Assembly (NCBI RefSeq): GCF_006345805.1
Contig: NC_043014.1
Location: 5,704,001 to 5,768,000 of the forward strand
Length of the DNA stretch: 64,000 nucleotides
From: Octopus sinensis
Lineage: Eukaryota
Reading direction: 5' to 3'
Made by a program: the position numbers and the translations under genes. The stretch's first letter is position 1. Each line of letters opens with the position of its first letter. This document shows, one piece after another, positions 39,911 through 53,776 of the stretch. A model generated the notes under the pieces. It was not told the DNA's origin, did no database searches, and worked only from the letters and a program-made list of their open reading frames with translations.

Positions 39911-41051
39911 AAGGAGATATATGTATCATACAAACACAATACACGCACACACATATACACACGTACATACACACACACCAGCACAGATGCCCACATATAC
40001 CTTTAACGAACAATAATCATACAGATACGCACACACTTATACACACATGGGCACAGACACAGACGCACATACACGCACGTAAGCGCACACACGCACGCAC
40101 ATTACGCCCACACAACTCCAAAAACCTACACACACACACGCATGCACAAATTCACATACACACCGATACATATACATACACACAATATATGCCTACACGC
40201 GCACACACACATACACATAAGTATACACATATAGACACAGACACACACCCGCACGCAAAAATATGCGCACACATACGCACACACACACACGAATGCACAC
40301 ACCCAAAACTCACAACCCCACGGATACACGTATATACACCCATATACGCTTACACACACACATACAAACGCACACGTACATGCACATGCAACGACACGCA
40401 CATACGACACGCACGCACATACATAAACACACACACACAAATGAACCCACACATACCTCCCATACACAATGCACACAATTATACATACACGCACACAATT
40501 ATTGATACATGTATACACATACGCGCGTACAAGCACACACGCACACATACACTAGGTAAAGCACAGTTATTCGCAACACACTCAAACTCTACACATACAC
40601 ACACGAACTCACACATACATACACACACACACTACAAACAAAACACACACACGATACATATACATACACGCACACACACACACATACTTCAAACTAGCAG
40701 TACCTACTACTTGACCTGTGGTAGAGACAAAAAGAGCCACGCCCAATTCCTTCTTCCTTGACCTTAACACTACTAGCCCTACAACACGCAAAGATTAACA
40801 GCCACAACCACACACACACACACGTGTCATCATTGCACACATACACACAGACACACACACGTACACGCAGACCTCCGCGCACGAACATATCCACACTTAC
40901 ACACACATTCCTCCTACTCTACCACTCTCCTGTCTTTCAAAGGACTTTTCTTCACCCATTTCCTCCCTGTCATTCAAAATGTGGCCGCGTGTGTACCGTT
41001 ATCGATCTTTTTCCCTCTGTCTTCCCTCCTCTGGATCTTTCCTTCTCGTAA

Positions 41052-41086
41052 GTTTCTAACGAAGAGCTCCGCTCGAAACGTTAAGC
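41052..41086 (+). ncRNA. Minimal hammerhead motif (family A), G5-to-A, probably inactive
   Basis: gttt CTAACGA a gagc tcc gctc GAAAC GT T aagc. Confidence 0.55.
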
Positions 41087-41218
41087 CCTTCTTTCCTGGG
41101 TGTCCAATAATACTATATTTGTTCCACGTCCTAGCGTTGTTGTGTTTTTGGTGCTTTCTTGTTTGTATTAAATTTAACTATATATATACATGTGTGTGTG
41201 TGTGTATATATATATATA

Positions 41219-41380
41219 TTATATACCAACTTTGCCATTTCAATCCCCAGCAATGCCGGGTATTTCTGCTAGTACACACACTCACACACACACACACACA
41301 TATATATACACACACATATATACACACACATATTTCTCCATATATATATATATATATATATATTACATATATGGAGAATA

Positions 41381-41413
<33 letters not shown>

Positions 41414-41469
41414 ACTAGCAGAAATACCCGGCATTGCTGGGGATTAAAGTGGCAAAGTTGGTATATAAT
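41219..41469. repeat. ~250-bp palindrome of two Helitron 3' ends facing each other across a CA/TA tract
   Basis: taccaactttgcca..cccagcaatgccggg..ctag (41269-41272) mirrored by ctag (41415-41418)..cccggcattgctggg..tggcaaagttggta. Confidence 0.9.
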
Positions 41470-42290
41470 ATATTGCAGTCATTTTGAAACAGGTGATATG
41501 GGAAAGTGCAACATTGTCAACAAAACATTTGTAGAGTAGATGCTGGGCTAATTCGACTAAGCAACATGCTATGCGTTCGGTTGGAGTGTTTCAGGCCCTA
41601 ACCTGAAGGTGGGGTTTGTGTCGGAAATGTTGACACTTCACGTCGGGTTTGTTGTCCTACATCACTCATAAAGTAAATTTGGAGGAACTGTGGTTGTTCA
41701 ATCGCGGGTACCAGGGAACCAATGAGGGGATAGACTTGCCCTTGAACTTTGACGTCGGCGTAAATTCATGTTTATCTATCTTCTTAGATTCACCAAACGA
41801 TGTCATTTGAAATGCAGAGTTGTATTCTCTGATATTGTTCAGAAAATCGTTTGACTGGACTGGGAGGGCCTTCCTGAAGATTCCTAAAGGGTTGAGATGG
41901 TAGTGTTGGCAATGATACCTGTCCGAATATGTTGTCATCTATTGCATTGTTTTAAGTTCTAAAAGATAATAAACACCCTAAAGTTCTATTTATATGACGC
42001 TATTTCTATTTGTTCACAGAACCGTTTCATCTCCTAGAAATCTCTCGACGATAAACCTGATGATACGCCAAGTAAGAACTGATTTTATGGCTAAAGTCTT
42101 TTACCCGTGTCTCTTTAACTAATGATTTACAATTTCACCAACTTTGAATTAGTTCCACATTACTATCCATATGTCCACAATAATATATACTAAGATACTT
42201 GCCTGAATTTATTTCAAAATATGTTTTACTTTACAATAATTTCCTAAATAAAATGTTACTCTAATATACTATGCCATTTATTGTGTGTAT
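41415..42290 (-). mobile_element. Internally deleted Helitron carrying a Rep-helicase N-terminal fragment; duplicate at ~55580-56480
   Basis: FLNNIREYNSAFQMTSFG..FTPTSK (41666-41938) is a Helitron N-terminal motif. 3' CTAG and hairpin at 41415-41445. The 5' boundary is uncertain. Confidence 0.75.
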
Positions 42291-42309
42291 ATGAGTATAT
42301 ATGCAGTGC

Positions 42310-44200
42310 TACGCCGAGAATTGTTCCAAGCCCTCTTCATCTGAGAATCAAATGCCCGAGCTGGCGCTTCACTACGTTTATATCTACAATTCAGCATTCT
42401 GTCCACTCTTGTGCTTCCAATCATTCGTGAATAGAGACCCCGAAATAATTATGTTCCACTTTCCTACAGAGTTCGTATTTGTCAATCTTGCCTTGGGGTA
42501 CTCGGCAGCCAACCCATTCGGTGCACGTTGTTGGTGACCATCAGACGAATCAGGTAGCAGCATGTCGTCTACAAAAAAAAGTCCACCGATCACGTAGAGA
42601 TGAATTGGGATACCTCTACCACAATGGCTGCGCATATTCAACCAGATCACAAAAAGGAATGTGAGATGGGGCACTAACAATGCACACTTCAACTAAGTGA
42701 AACCTTCACGTTGAAAACTTTTGACTTTTACATAAATACAATCATTTGAACATCCATATAAGTACTTTATGGCAACCAGTATTTGCCCATTAAATTCACC
42801 TTCCTGGTAAACCATCCGCAACATGCCCCAGGGCACGTGATCGTTTGCCTTTCCGTGGTTTACAGCGTATTCCTCTTGGAAATGCTTCAACGTTTTCTGG
42901 AAGATCTGTCTTTGAACGACTATATGGTCGGGTGTACTGCGTCCCGGACAGTAATCTTGGGCACGACAATTTCCCTACATATCTTTTCCTGACATCACGT
43001 GTAGACTTTTCTATAATTAGAACACACTCTTTGGTCTCTGTTTGAAAAAATTGTGATTGTCACCCTATATTACCATTGCCTTGGTGTTTTTTCCACAGGT
43101 CCCATCCACCTACCATACATGTGTCACTCAGAGAATACCATCTGTATTTAAGGTTTCTAAAATATCAAGCCGAGCGTGCTTTTCACCAGCAGCTTTATCA
43201 ATTTTAAGTGAGTTTAGCTCAAATAAGCGTTCAACCGAAGAAGAACCTGCCGAATATAATAATACAATCACGAATCCATTTCGATGTCCAAGTTCATTCA
43301 GGCGGGTCACTCTCAATTTGGATGGAAATGTCTCCACATTTTTGTTTATGATCCCAGCATCCACTGCGGCTTCCAACTGAATTCTGTATGTCGCACAGGA
43401 CTTACCAATTTCCAGTGTTCGGCAGATTGTAGAAATTTTCAGGTTTTTAGACATTTAGGTAGTGACGAGTTGACAACTCCACCCCTTCCTTTTACCCGAA
43501 CGTTCATCAAAGAGTGAAAGATGACCGAAATCTATCATAAACCTCTGTCACCAAGTATTTCTATACCAGGCACCCTTATAAAATAATCTCTATACCATAG
43601 AGAGGAGCGTGTGTATCCTGCACAGAAGGCTGCTATGACCTCTCCATTAAGTTCACTGACGACATTCCTTCTAATCAATCCTTCTCACGGTTATCAGTGC
43701 CAAGGTGTGCACTGAAGTCTCCTTGCAGGACAAATGACTTTACCCCAAATATATCTAAAGCTGAGGTGAATTTGCTTAGGAAGGATTTGTATTTGACCTC
43801 GCTGTTTGCTGCATATACTTACAGCAGCCACAGTGGTCCTTCATATTTATCCTTAGCTTCAAGAGGTGAACCCTCACACCTAGTAGGTTTCACTCCATAA
43901 TACAATCCGAAAGCTGGGTATTGAGAGTATCCAAATCCCACCTGTGCAGACATTGTTGGCACCACAGTTGCGAAGTGAAGTTTCAAGCCTATATCCAAGT
44001 GTACGCTATCGGAGAAAGGAAATTTTGTAGAGGAGACACCGATTATATCTCACAGACAGATTATATTTAAGAATTTTGACGTTTTAATTCTCAATTATTA
44101 AAGGTTGTTCCCTCCTTCATCGGCTTCGGTTTCCTGAGACCCTCAATTTTGTGCTCCCACTTCACGCACCCCAGTTTAAGTTGCAGGCTTCTTGCTTGTT
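42310..44200 (-). mobile_element. Decayed RTE-clade LINE (APE endonuclease + RT); duplicate at ~56490-58500
   Basis: Fragments DIIGVSSTK, FVLQGDFSAHLGTD (APE); KAAGEKHARLDILETLNTDGIL, VPWGMLRMV..ILVAIKYLY, GGLFFVDDMLL (RT). Confidence 0.8.
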
Positions 44201-44681
44201 ACACCGGTATTGGGTGGGGTGTGCTATACATTTATCGAACGGCCTCTCAACTCGAGATCCGGATGCGATGTCTTTTAACTAAATCGATAAATGATGGGGT
44301 ATGGTTGTTATTTTCTTCTTGTAGTTATGATGGCCTTATTTGCGCCGAGCTCCAAACTGATATTTGTAATTGACCGATGAATATTCGCACCTAGCGAATA
44401 TTTTATCATTATTCTATTGAGTTTTACCATTATTCTATTGAGAAGTATATATACTCATACTCAAGTTTACGTATCATACATACATCTGTTCATAGCGGAG
44501 ACCGATACACATTTTGTTATTCTGAGTTTAATCTTTCTGTCTGACTTTCATTCATTCACTCGTTCTTTCTTAATTCTATATTTCTCTCTTCTCCATCAAT
44601 CCTTCACATCCAACAATCTACTTTGTAAATGATCCCCCATTCTTTTCTTTTAAACTACTTTATTTCATTTTAATTTCACAG

Positions 44682-44756
44682 AACCCGGTCTCGGATCATT
44701 GTATACCCGGTGGGGCAGAACAACTTGTCCTCCTTTTTCAAAACTTGTATATGACG
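44682..44756 (+). CDS. Internal exon of C4-like copy 2
   Basis: Polypyrimidine tract, tttcacag acceptor, (E)PGLGSLYTRWGRTTCPPFSKLVYD(G), gttagt donor. 75 nt, phase 1/1. Y-x-RWG-x-x-x-C is the family motif. Confidence 0.85.
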
Positions 44757-45975
44757 GTTAGTATACTTTATATTTCTGACCTCTCATTCTCTTTTTGTTT
44801 TTCTTTTGTTCTCTTTATATACCTCTCATTCTCTCTTTTTGTTGCCTCTCTTTCTCTCTCACCCTCTCTCTCACGCACATGGACACACACTCACCCTTTG
44901 TCGGGTTGTCTGACATAAACATTCTCAAATCCTCTTATGATATGTCACGTTTCAAACGTCTCTTCCTGTAGACTATACAGACACTACAAAAGACTGCTTA
45001 CTCCTTTGCAGGTATTTGGTCAAATCAGAATTTTAAATGTTGTCTACTACGGACCAAAGGAATAGGATGTTGTCTAACCATAGAATATAGATATCTCTAC
45101 GCTAAATTACAGACAAGGGCTGGACTGAAAACCACCATGGCGATCAAGAATTTCAGGCTGACCAGCTTTGGATTGTAGATATCAAATACCGAGGCTGCAA
45201 ACTGGTGGCCAAGTGTACTGGCTACAGATGGTGGTATTGTACGTGAGTGACCATAGCTGAAAAGTGGCCACTTGACTATCATTAAGTAGAGTGCCCAATG
45301 TTCGTAGGTTTGGGCTAAATTGAATAGAGTCTATTAGAATTGATGACAGTGACTGTAAATGGTTAATGGAATGAACGCACAATGTAGAATGAGGACTGGA
45401 CATGCCACATACTGTAACTGATGGAAAAAGCTAAGGACTTTATTCATTAAGTAAAATAGAGAGAGACTAAATATTAGTGAGAGAACACAACAGAGTACAG
45501 AATGCACTTCTATTCTTCTCCGCCTCACCTAAATCGTCCTATCGCTAAAACCTTGCTCTTTTCATGCACCACATCACCTCATTAATTATCCAGTATATCT
45601 TTGTAAGGTAATTCCGAAACTTCCAATTCAAAACTGCTGCTACAAACTGCGTCCCCAATCAACCTTACGTTCCTTAAAAATGCTCTGAATCTGCTCTTTA
45701 TAAACCCTACACGTATATTTTATCGGTCGCCGACTCCATCACCAAAAATATCCTTGTTCACTCGTGAACACCTTTTCTATTTCGGGTAAACACGAGTACA
45801 TGCGTTACAGAATTCCTTTCTTTTTCTCCTTCTATAAACATCCACGAAAAAACACTTCCCCATGCAAACTTACATAATAATCCACGTCATATCTCCAAAT
45901 ACTTGCCCGTATACACAAACCTATATATACATATACCTACATACACACACACACGCACACACATATATATATATA

Positions 45976-46007
<32 letters not shown>

Positions 46008-46014
46008 TAATAAC

Positions 46015-46075
<61 letters not shown>

Positions 46076-46144
46076 TTAGGGAGAAAATCCAAACTTATAG
46101 GGAAAAATTAAATTTAGGATTAAATCTAATTTTATAGTATAAAT

Positions 46145-47935
46145 ATATCAAAATATTAGAGATAAAACCACTTTTAGGCAAATCAAACAGTGAAAATCTG
46201 AAACCAATACATAGAAATAAAATAATTAATAAAAAATATATAAAATATAAGTTTCAAAATTTAAAATATTTAAATTGAAGTTAAAATTTAAAATAATTTA
46301 TACTTATGAATTTTTAAATATATATATATGTATATATATATATCTTCTCCCGCGGCCATTAGGCACAACTTCATAAGCCAGCCCCAACTCAACTCGTCCT
46401 GTCGAAAGACCTTGTCCTACGTCCTGGTTTTGTTTTGTTTTTTTTTTATCCTTACCGTTATTGTTTTTACGTTTTTGTATTTGTGTATTCGTGCTTTCCT
46501 TTGTTGTCACTGTATTCTGTATTTTTATTCGTGTACTTCGTTCGTTTTCCGTCCCTTGTTTGGTTGTATACATTCGAAGCTTCTTCCAAGGGATCTAATG
46601 CCCTTGGCTTAGATTCCCCTTGGGGGCCCAGATTGGAGCAATCTCAAGATTAATCAGCCGAAATTGCGAAGATGATCTGGTTCTTGACTGATGACTGAGG
46701 GCTTCGAATGTCCCTCCTGTGGTACTTGTGTCGTCTCTTTGGTGTTTCATGTCTTGTCCATGCCTGTATATATTTTTTACTGTTTACATATATATATATA
46801 TAATAATATAATATATATATATATATATATATAATATATATATATATATTGTATTATTATTTAATTTATTTACTTATTTATTTATCAATTTTTTAAAAAC
46901 TTTTATTCTTCCCATTTAAACTTCCCATTCATAAATAATTTGTGATATATTTGATACTATATAACTACGAATTGATTATTTCATTAAGTATTTATATTAT
47001 TTTATTTTAACTATACGATTTTTGAAAGTTATTAGTTAGCCAACGAGATATATAGTTAATTTGCTATAGCGTTCGTTTAGATTGTTTGTTTGTTTTTTTT
47101 AAAATTAGCTATTTCATCTTTAATATCTTAATATTTTTATTATTAATAATGAATAATTAATTTATTAGGTCTTTATTATACGTGCATATATATTTATTTA
47201 AAGAGATAATTTTGGATCTTAATTCTAATATTTATATATATTTTTATTGATAATTTATATATTATTCAAATTTTATATATTTATTAATATGATTCGTCAT
47301 TTTTTTTTTTGTAAAATATATATGTAATTAGAAATTGACTGTAACTTATATTAGATTAATTGTGGGTTTCTTACCTTAAATTAATACTTAAAAATTAAAA
47401 CTTAAAAATTAAAAATCGATTGTATGACATAATCATAATCGTTAAGTTCTAGTTTTGTAATAGTGTTTTTTAAAAGAAAATTATTATTTTATTTATTTCT
47501 TAAAAATATGTTTATATATTTCTGATTATTTATTTAAATATTATAATTAGACCTGAAGATTGACTATAACCATAATTCGAATATTAATTGAATTTAAATA
47601 TTGTTATCGAATTGGTTATGGGCATGAACACTCGTAGTGGTTTTACTCTTTGTCTTATATTAACATTTAATAAAAAGTTCAAAATAAAAAATAAATAAAT
47701 AAATTAATAATTAAATAATAATAATAATAATAATATATATATAATATATATATTTCAAAATTTATAAGTATAAATTGTTAATTTAAATCATTTTTAAAAT
47801 TTTCATTAAATATTATAAATTTTGAATTTTATATTTCATATATTTTTTATTAATTAATTTTATTTCTATGTATTGATTTTTGATTTTTCACTGTTTGATT
47901 TGCCTAATAGTGGTTTTTATCTCTAATTTAATATA
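46145..47935. repeat. ~190-bp AT-rich inverted repeats (46145-46325 and 47750-47935) enclosing a pLTR-like module (46330-46800, inverse of 13250-13500)
   Basis: ttagagataaaaccac..ttaggcaaatcaaacagtgaaaa pairs with ttttcactgtttgatttgcctaa..gtggtttttatctctaa. Confidence 0.7.
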
Positions 47936-47975
47936 ATATATATATATATATATATAATATATATATATATACACA

Positions 47976-48018
<43 letters not shown>

Positions 48019-48139
48019 ATATAATATATATAGTATATAATATCTATATAGATTCAGATGAATTGGTACTTAAGTTGAGGCTCCAGAATAGAGTACGTCA
48101 TTATCCATACAACTTTAAGTAAGGTGATTAAAATTAGAA

Positions 48140-49042
48140 TAAGCAACGATGATATCCAGATATAATGCAGTACGTTCGTTTCTGCAACTCCATTTAATTG
48201 AACAACGAAATCATTACTTAGAGCAATCTTCAGCTGCACAAAGGCGTAGAATTTAATTAAAGTACAACAGATGGACACATTTGTATAATTATACTTAAGA
48301 TCTCCAAGATATTACCTAGAACATGTTGTTTCTACTTCAGCATAGCAGTTACTAAAATTATCTAGAAGACTCAGCTTACCACTGATTTTTTTGTCTTTAT
48401 TGGGTCAGTTTTAATTTATAGACTAGTTTACAAATCTCTTGAATATCTAAGGCTGAGAGAACATAGGGCAGTATCTGTTAGTGGGAGGGCTGATGGGGTA
48501 GACAGACATTCTAGTTGGTATAGTCATAAAATATCAAGAATTATTATAAGCAATACCATGAGGTTTAGTAAGGGAAAACTTAAAACAAGATGTTAACTGA
48601 TAATTAAGGGGGTCGCACACTGGCAGACTATTGACAATGAAACGGAAGGTCTTATCATATATTATAGTTAAATGTTTTAAACAATGTTGCTTTGAATACA
48701 GTTGAAGTTTAGGGTTTTCCAAAGGATTATTAAGAAGAATATTATAACAAAAGGATAGAAATTGTTGAATACTTTTTGTATTCATAAGTATTCATAAATT
48801 TCTTGATAATTTTATTAACTTCTATGCTGAAGTAGAGTCAACATGTTCTTTGTGTATCTCTTAACTTCTTATACTAATTATACTAATGTGTCAATCTGTT
48901 TTAATTTAATTAAATTCTATGTATTTGTGCAGCTGAAGATTGGTCTATATTTTGAATTGATGTAATGATTGTATTGTTCAATTAAATGGAGTTGCATGAA
49001 ACAATCGTACTGCATTATCTCTGGATATCCTTGTTGCTTACT

Positions 49043-49045
<3 letters not shown>
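48140..49045. repeat. MITE-like element with long imperfect terminal inverted repeats; duplicate at ~60440-61345
   Basis: gatatccagatataatgcagtacg..caactccatttaattgaacaa pairs with ttgttcaattaaatggagttg..cgtactgcattatctctggatatc. Inner arms aacatgttg..ctacttcagcatag also pair. Confidence 0.65.
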
Positions 49046-49084
<39 letters not shown>

Positions 49085-49291
49085 GAAGAGAATGCAAATG
49101 CACAGCTACTATCTTATGCATACAACAACCCAGCTTACACTCACATAAACACTAACATATACACCACAATTCGTTCACATGTGACTAAACATGACTTCTT
49201 TTAGGTGTCAAATTGTAATGAATGTTTCAGTTATTTCATATATAATTTTGCTTAATATCTTTTTTACCTGATTTATTCTTACCAATTCTAG

Positions 49292-49845
49292 GTGTCGTTG
49301 GTGGACAATTGTATGACCATACAGGTGGCGGAAGTAATCTCTTATGTTTACCTAACGACCCCATTTGGGCCAATTATACGACAGAAGATGAAAAAAGTGG
49401 TTACATTTATGGCAGTGAATATCAATTAGATTTATACCCAACTAATAAACTCTTTTCTTTTGCTAATGCTAAATCACTCCATGAGCACAACGTTCCGTGC
49501 GCTGTCTGTTTGACACGACAACCTGCTGTTGTTATGATGTTACCAGCTAGGACAAAGTGTTACGCTGGTTGGGCAACTGAGTATTCGGGATATTTGATGA
49601 CCGAGCGTCATAGTCATAAGGGCAGACATGAATATGTGTGTGTGGATTATGCACCAGAAGCTGATCCAGCAGGTTACAGAAACGAAAATGGAGTTTTATT
49701 ATATTTCGTTCAGGCTGCTTGTGGTTCATTGCCATGTCCACCGTATGTCAATGGTCAAGAATTAACCTGCGTGTGTGCAGTAAATATTGAACAGAAATTA
49801 AATTCGGTTCCATATAAAAATATGTCTGTGAAATACAATATATAA
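49292..49845 (+). CDS. Last exon of short-chain collagen C4-like gene, copy 2 (1-nt deletion near the stop extends the C-terminus)
   Basis: GGQLYDHTGGGSNLLCLP, GYIYGSEY, HNVPCAVC, PARTKCYAGW..EYSGYLM, YVCVD, LYFVQAACGSLPCPPY..ELTC. Acceptor ttctag at 49286-49291. Confidence 0.88.
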
Positions 49846-51416
49846 TTTAAATTTTCAATTTTGTTACCTAACATTTTCTTTAAATTACGTCTATGGTTAA
49901 AATAAAAAGGTATACCCCCGTTTTCAGAAAAAAAATTGAAAACTATATAAAAGAGGCGACATATAATGTGGAAAGTATCCTCATAAAACGATGTAATCCT
50001 ATTGGAATAATTCTAGAAAACATTTTGTAAGATTTCAGTTTACCAAACTTCGTTGAAATAAAATGTTAGTTCGTTCTTTCGTCGTCTGTCTCATGATTCA
50101 ACAAAACCCCAAATAAAGTACCACCATAGAATTATATCAGCTTTTCATGCACAGCCTTAGAAAATCAAATACTTGACGCTACTATCTCAGACATCTTGGT
50201 TTTCAAATTACAACTCGGATTCTAACATGGGTCATGAACCCTAACGTTACTTAGCACAGAAAATACACGACCGCTTCAACAACAACCAGTTACACCTACA
50301 CAAACTGTAATTAATCAGGAAAGCTTTTCGTTTCATTTCTGCCTCTCATCTTATAAAACCTATTTATCATCTACTTTAGAAATATCACAAGATGTTCATT
50401 TTAAGATTTCTGAGACTCTGGAATTTACACGATCAACCCAAATCTATATCAGAATCTACACACCTCTCCACATAATAAGACACAAAATGAAACTCTATAC
50501 ACAGAACACTCACCTCATACACTAAACGCTGATATACAAGAATAAGAAAAGAAATCAACCAGACAAAATGGCCTCATTTCAGCAGCAGAGAACATCAAAT
50601 AGGACGATTTCTTTCACTCATCTACGTAAACATACCAGACTCGAAGAAAGGATGGATCCTAGAAGCTGAATAGATTTCATGCGAAACGAATACAACACAC
50701 ATAAAAGTGAGAGTAAAGAGAGCAAATATAGTCAGGGCAAGCACGGATGCTGTGTGTAAGAAGGCTGAGATGTTGTGACAGTCACGTTATATCCAATAGG
50801 ATTCATGATTGTCTGTTGGAGTGTGTCGAATATTTGTTAGATACACGAAGGCTAACAACATCACGTTTTAATAAACATTAAAGATTACTTAGTGTTTACA
50901 ATCCGGCTGTAATTATTCTGATGGCCAAATCCGGATTCGGTTCTCTGGATTATGAATTTACCTGACATTAAATTGTAAACAATTGCACAGAATACGGACG
51001 CTGGTAAATCAAATTTTTCTTTTGATTCAGTTGTTAGTGATGCAGCATAATTAGACAGTTAAAACGACCGTCATGTGTTAAGGCTGTACAGACCATGCGC
51101 AGCTGCATATGCAACCTATCACTACAAAAAGAAAGTGATGGGGATTTGTTGAAATCTGATATGGCTTTAAGATTTATTTAGTAGCTTTTTTCAAATTAAC
51201 CTCAATTCGCGGACGAAATTGAGATTGCTAAATATATATATATATATATATATATAGGAAAATGTGTTGCTGAAAATGTACTTAAATTTCAAAAACTCGT
51301 GAATGCTTAAAATACATTTATTTGCATATGTACCAAACTAGTTTCAACAATGTTTTTTTGTTTTTCAACGGTAAAAGTGTAGAAACTATTTCATCCTTTG
51401 GCCACAGAACATTGAG

Positions 51417-52020
51417 CAACTCACAGAATTTAAAAACGTAATCAACAGCATTGATCACAGTATCCAATTCACTATGGAATACAACCACCAACAACTACCC
51501 TTCCTGGACATCTTAATAATAAAGGGAGATACTGAGATTGAAACCGACATCTTCTTCAAACCAACAGACTCAAAACAATATCTTCTATTCTCCTCTTGCC
51601 ACCCAAAACATACTAAAATAAAATATACCGTTCAACTTAGCGAGAAGAATTTGCACGAATGCATCAAATCCCGAAACGCGAGAAAGGCGACTTCAGGAAC
51701 GTAAAACCTCATTACTAGATAGAAAGTACCCGGTCTAATCAAAAATGGATTAGAACGTGCAAAAATGATAGACATTCAAGAGTTACGGAAAACAAGGAAA
51801 TACCATGACGACTTAAAACTCTATCTTACGTATCGACACACAATCCAAGAAACGAGGAAGCATACAATATCATCCACCAAAACATGCCCATCCTTAAATG
51901 TGGAGGTTCTAATGGAGACTACATTGGTCAAACAAGCTTAAACTCCGGGACCTCTCAACTAGGAAAATTCCCGTTAGCCAGCACCTAGAAAAAACCCTAA
52001 ATACCAAATCTTCCCTCTCT
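51417..52020 (+). mobile_element. Internally deleted PLE fragment (RT thumb plus GIY-YIG piece)
   Basis: IQFTMEYNHQQLPFLDILI..DIFFKPTDSKQYLLFSSCHPKHTK; LPYVSTHNPRN-like; C..DYIGQTS. Confidence 0.85.
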
Positions 52021-52076
52021 AGCATATATATATAGATATATATATATAATATATATATATATATAATATATATATA

Positions 52077-52171
<95 letters not shown>

Positions 52172-52461
52172 TTCAAATTTCAGAGGTCAAAAGACGAAGA
52201 CAGGCGTAGGAAAAACAAGCAGATGTATTTGTTTAACGTTTGAGTAAAATAGGAAAGTCTTTTACATTCCAGCCACGCACCTCGACACAAAGGATTAAGA
52301 GGTAAAAAATATGGTGAAGGAAAGAATTATGCAGAGTACAACGGTCTCCAGCATGGCGACATGACTGGAAACTGAGCCTGAATGAAAGATAGAAAGGTAG
52401 ATAATAATATTTACAATATAAGAGAAAGGTAGGCTATCAGTTCAGAAATAATAAACGAAAA

Positions 52462-52819
52462 ATTAATCATTTGCTCTACATGGATGATCTGTTGCTTTTT
52501 AGTAAGAATGGAAAAAGATAGATACATAATACAGACTATAAGGCACTTCAGCAAAGATATAGGCATACAATTTGGCATAGATAAGTGTGCAATATAAGTC
52601 TTGGGAAGGGGACAGCAGCACCAATGTGAAGGCGTCCAATTACAAATGGAGAGACATTAAAGCGATTGAAGGGAGGAGAGAGAGTTAGTATTAGCATTAT
52701 ATCTGGAATATTAGAACGTTACAGGGTACTAATTAGAGAAATGATGCGAAAATTGAAAAGGAGTAGATCAGAAGGGTGAGGAAGCTAATGAAGTCAAAGC
52801 TAAATGGTTCGAATCTAGT
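52462..52819 (+). mobile_element. Fragment of a second R4/Dong-like RT, cut by the assembly gap
   Basis: INHLLYMDDLLLFS..SKDIGIQFGIDKCA..RRVRKLMKSKLNGSNL. Confidence 0.8.
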
Positions 52820-52919
52820 NNNNNNNNNNNNNNNNNNNNNNNNNNNNNNNNNNNNNNNNNNNNNNNNNNNNNNNNNNNNNNNNNNNNNNNNNNNNNNNNN
52901 NNNNNNNNNNNNNNNNNNN
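52820..52919. other. Assembly gap (100 N)
   Basis: Seen directly in the sequence. Confidence 1.
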
Positions 52920-53169
52920 TGTGTGTGTGTGTCAGTGGTGTGTGTGTGTGTGTGTGTCAGTGTGTGTGTATGCCAATGTATGTGTGTTTTTGTCAGTGTG
53001 TGTCTATGTGTGAGTGTGTGTGTGTGTGTGTTTGTTAGTTTGTGTGTGTGTGTCAGTGTTTGTTGGTGTGTGTCAGTGTGTGTGTCAGTGTGTGTGTATG
53101 CCAATGTATGTGTGTTTGTCAGTGTGTGTTTCAGTGTGTGTGTCTATGTGTGAGTGTGTGTGTGTGTGT

Positions 53170-53202
<33 letters not shown>

Positions 53203-53634
53203 TTTGTGTCTGTGTATTTGTTGATTGAACGAAATACTTCCCACACTGTATATTAAAACAGTTTCCCAAGAATAAACAAATAAAATTAAATAACAACATT
53301 AGTAAATAAATATATCATAATATATCCAGAAACAGGAATCATTTCACTTTACACGTGTCTCACATTCATCAAAATATTTTGCTAATTATTGTGTGACAAT
53401 ATCAAACCATCTCTTTCCAATAATTAAACCTGTCAGACAAGTTCACACCCGCTTTTACAGTTCCACCAATCGCATTGGTTCATAAATTTACGATAAGATC
53501 TCTGCCAGAGCTGGGTTGTTGTGCGCTCAATAAATACGTGGAATTCAGTTACAGGTCTTCAGCTTAAACCTCGCATCTCGATCTTTTGTTGAAGCCACAC
53601 GAAGTATCACTTAAGACCGACAACTGTCACCAGA

Positions 53635-53776
53635 ATGGATTTCGCACAACTGTCCAGGAATATCGCAGCGTTATTCCATTTCTTCTCTCATTGCTTTTGG
53701 GGTTCTTCTCGTTCTGACGATCGTGATTCTTCATCAAGATTCAAGAATAGGAAAAATGGAAGAGAAATCGAAAACG
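53635..53776 (+). CDS. Putative exon 1 of C4-like copy 3 (2-nt deletion relative to copy 2)
   Basis: Homologous to 35402-35545, with aatatcgcag instead of aatatttcgcag. 142 nt, open, gtaagt donor in phase 1. Confidence 0.55.

Noticed and set aside
41666-41938. Host helicase gene
   Set aside because: A fragmentary, frameshifted Helitron N-terminal segment ending in Helitron termini, not a cellular gene.
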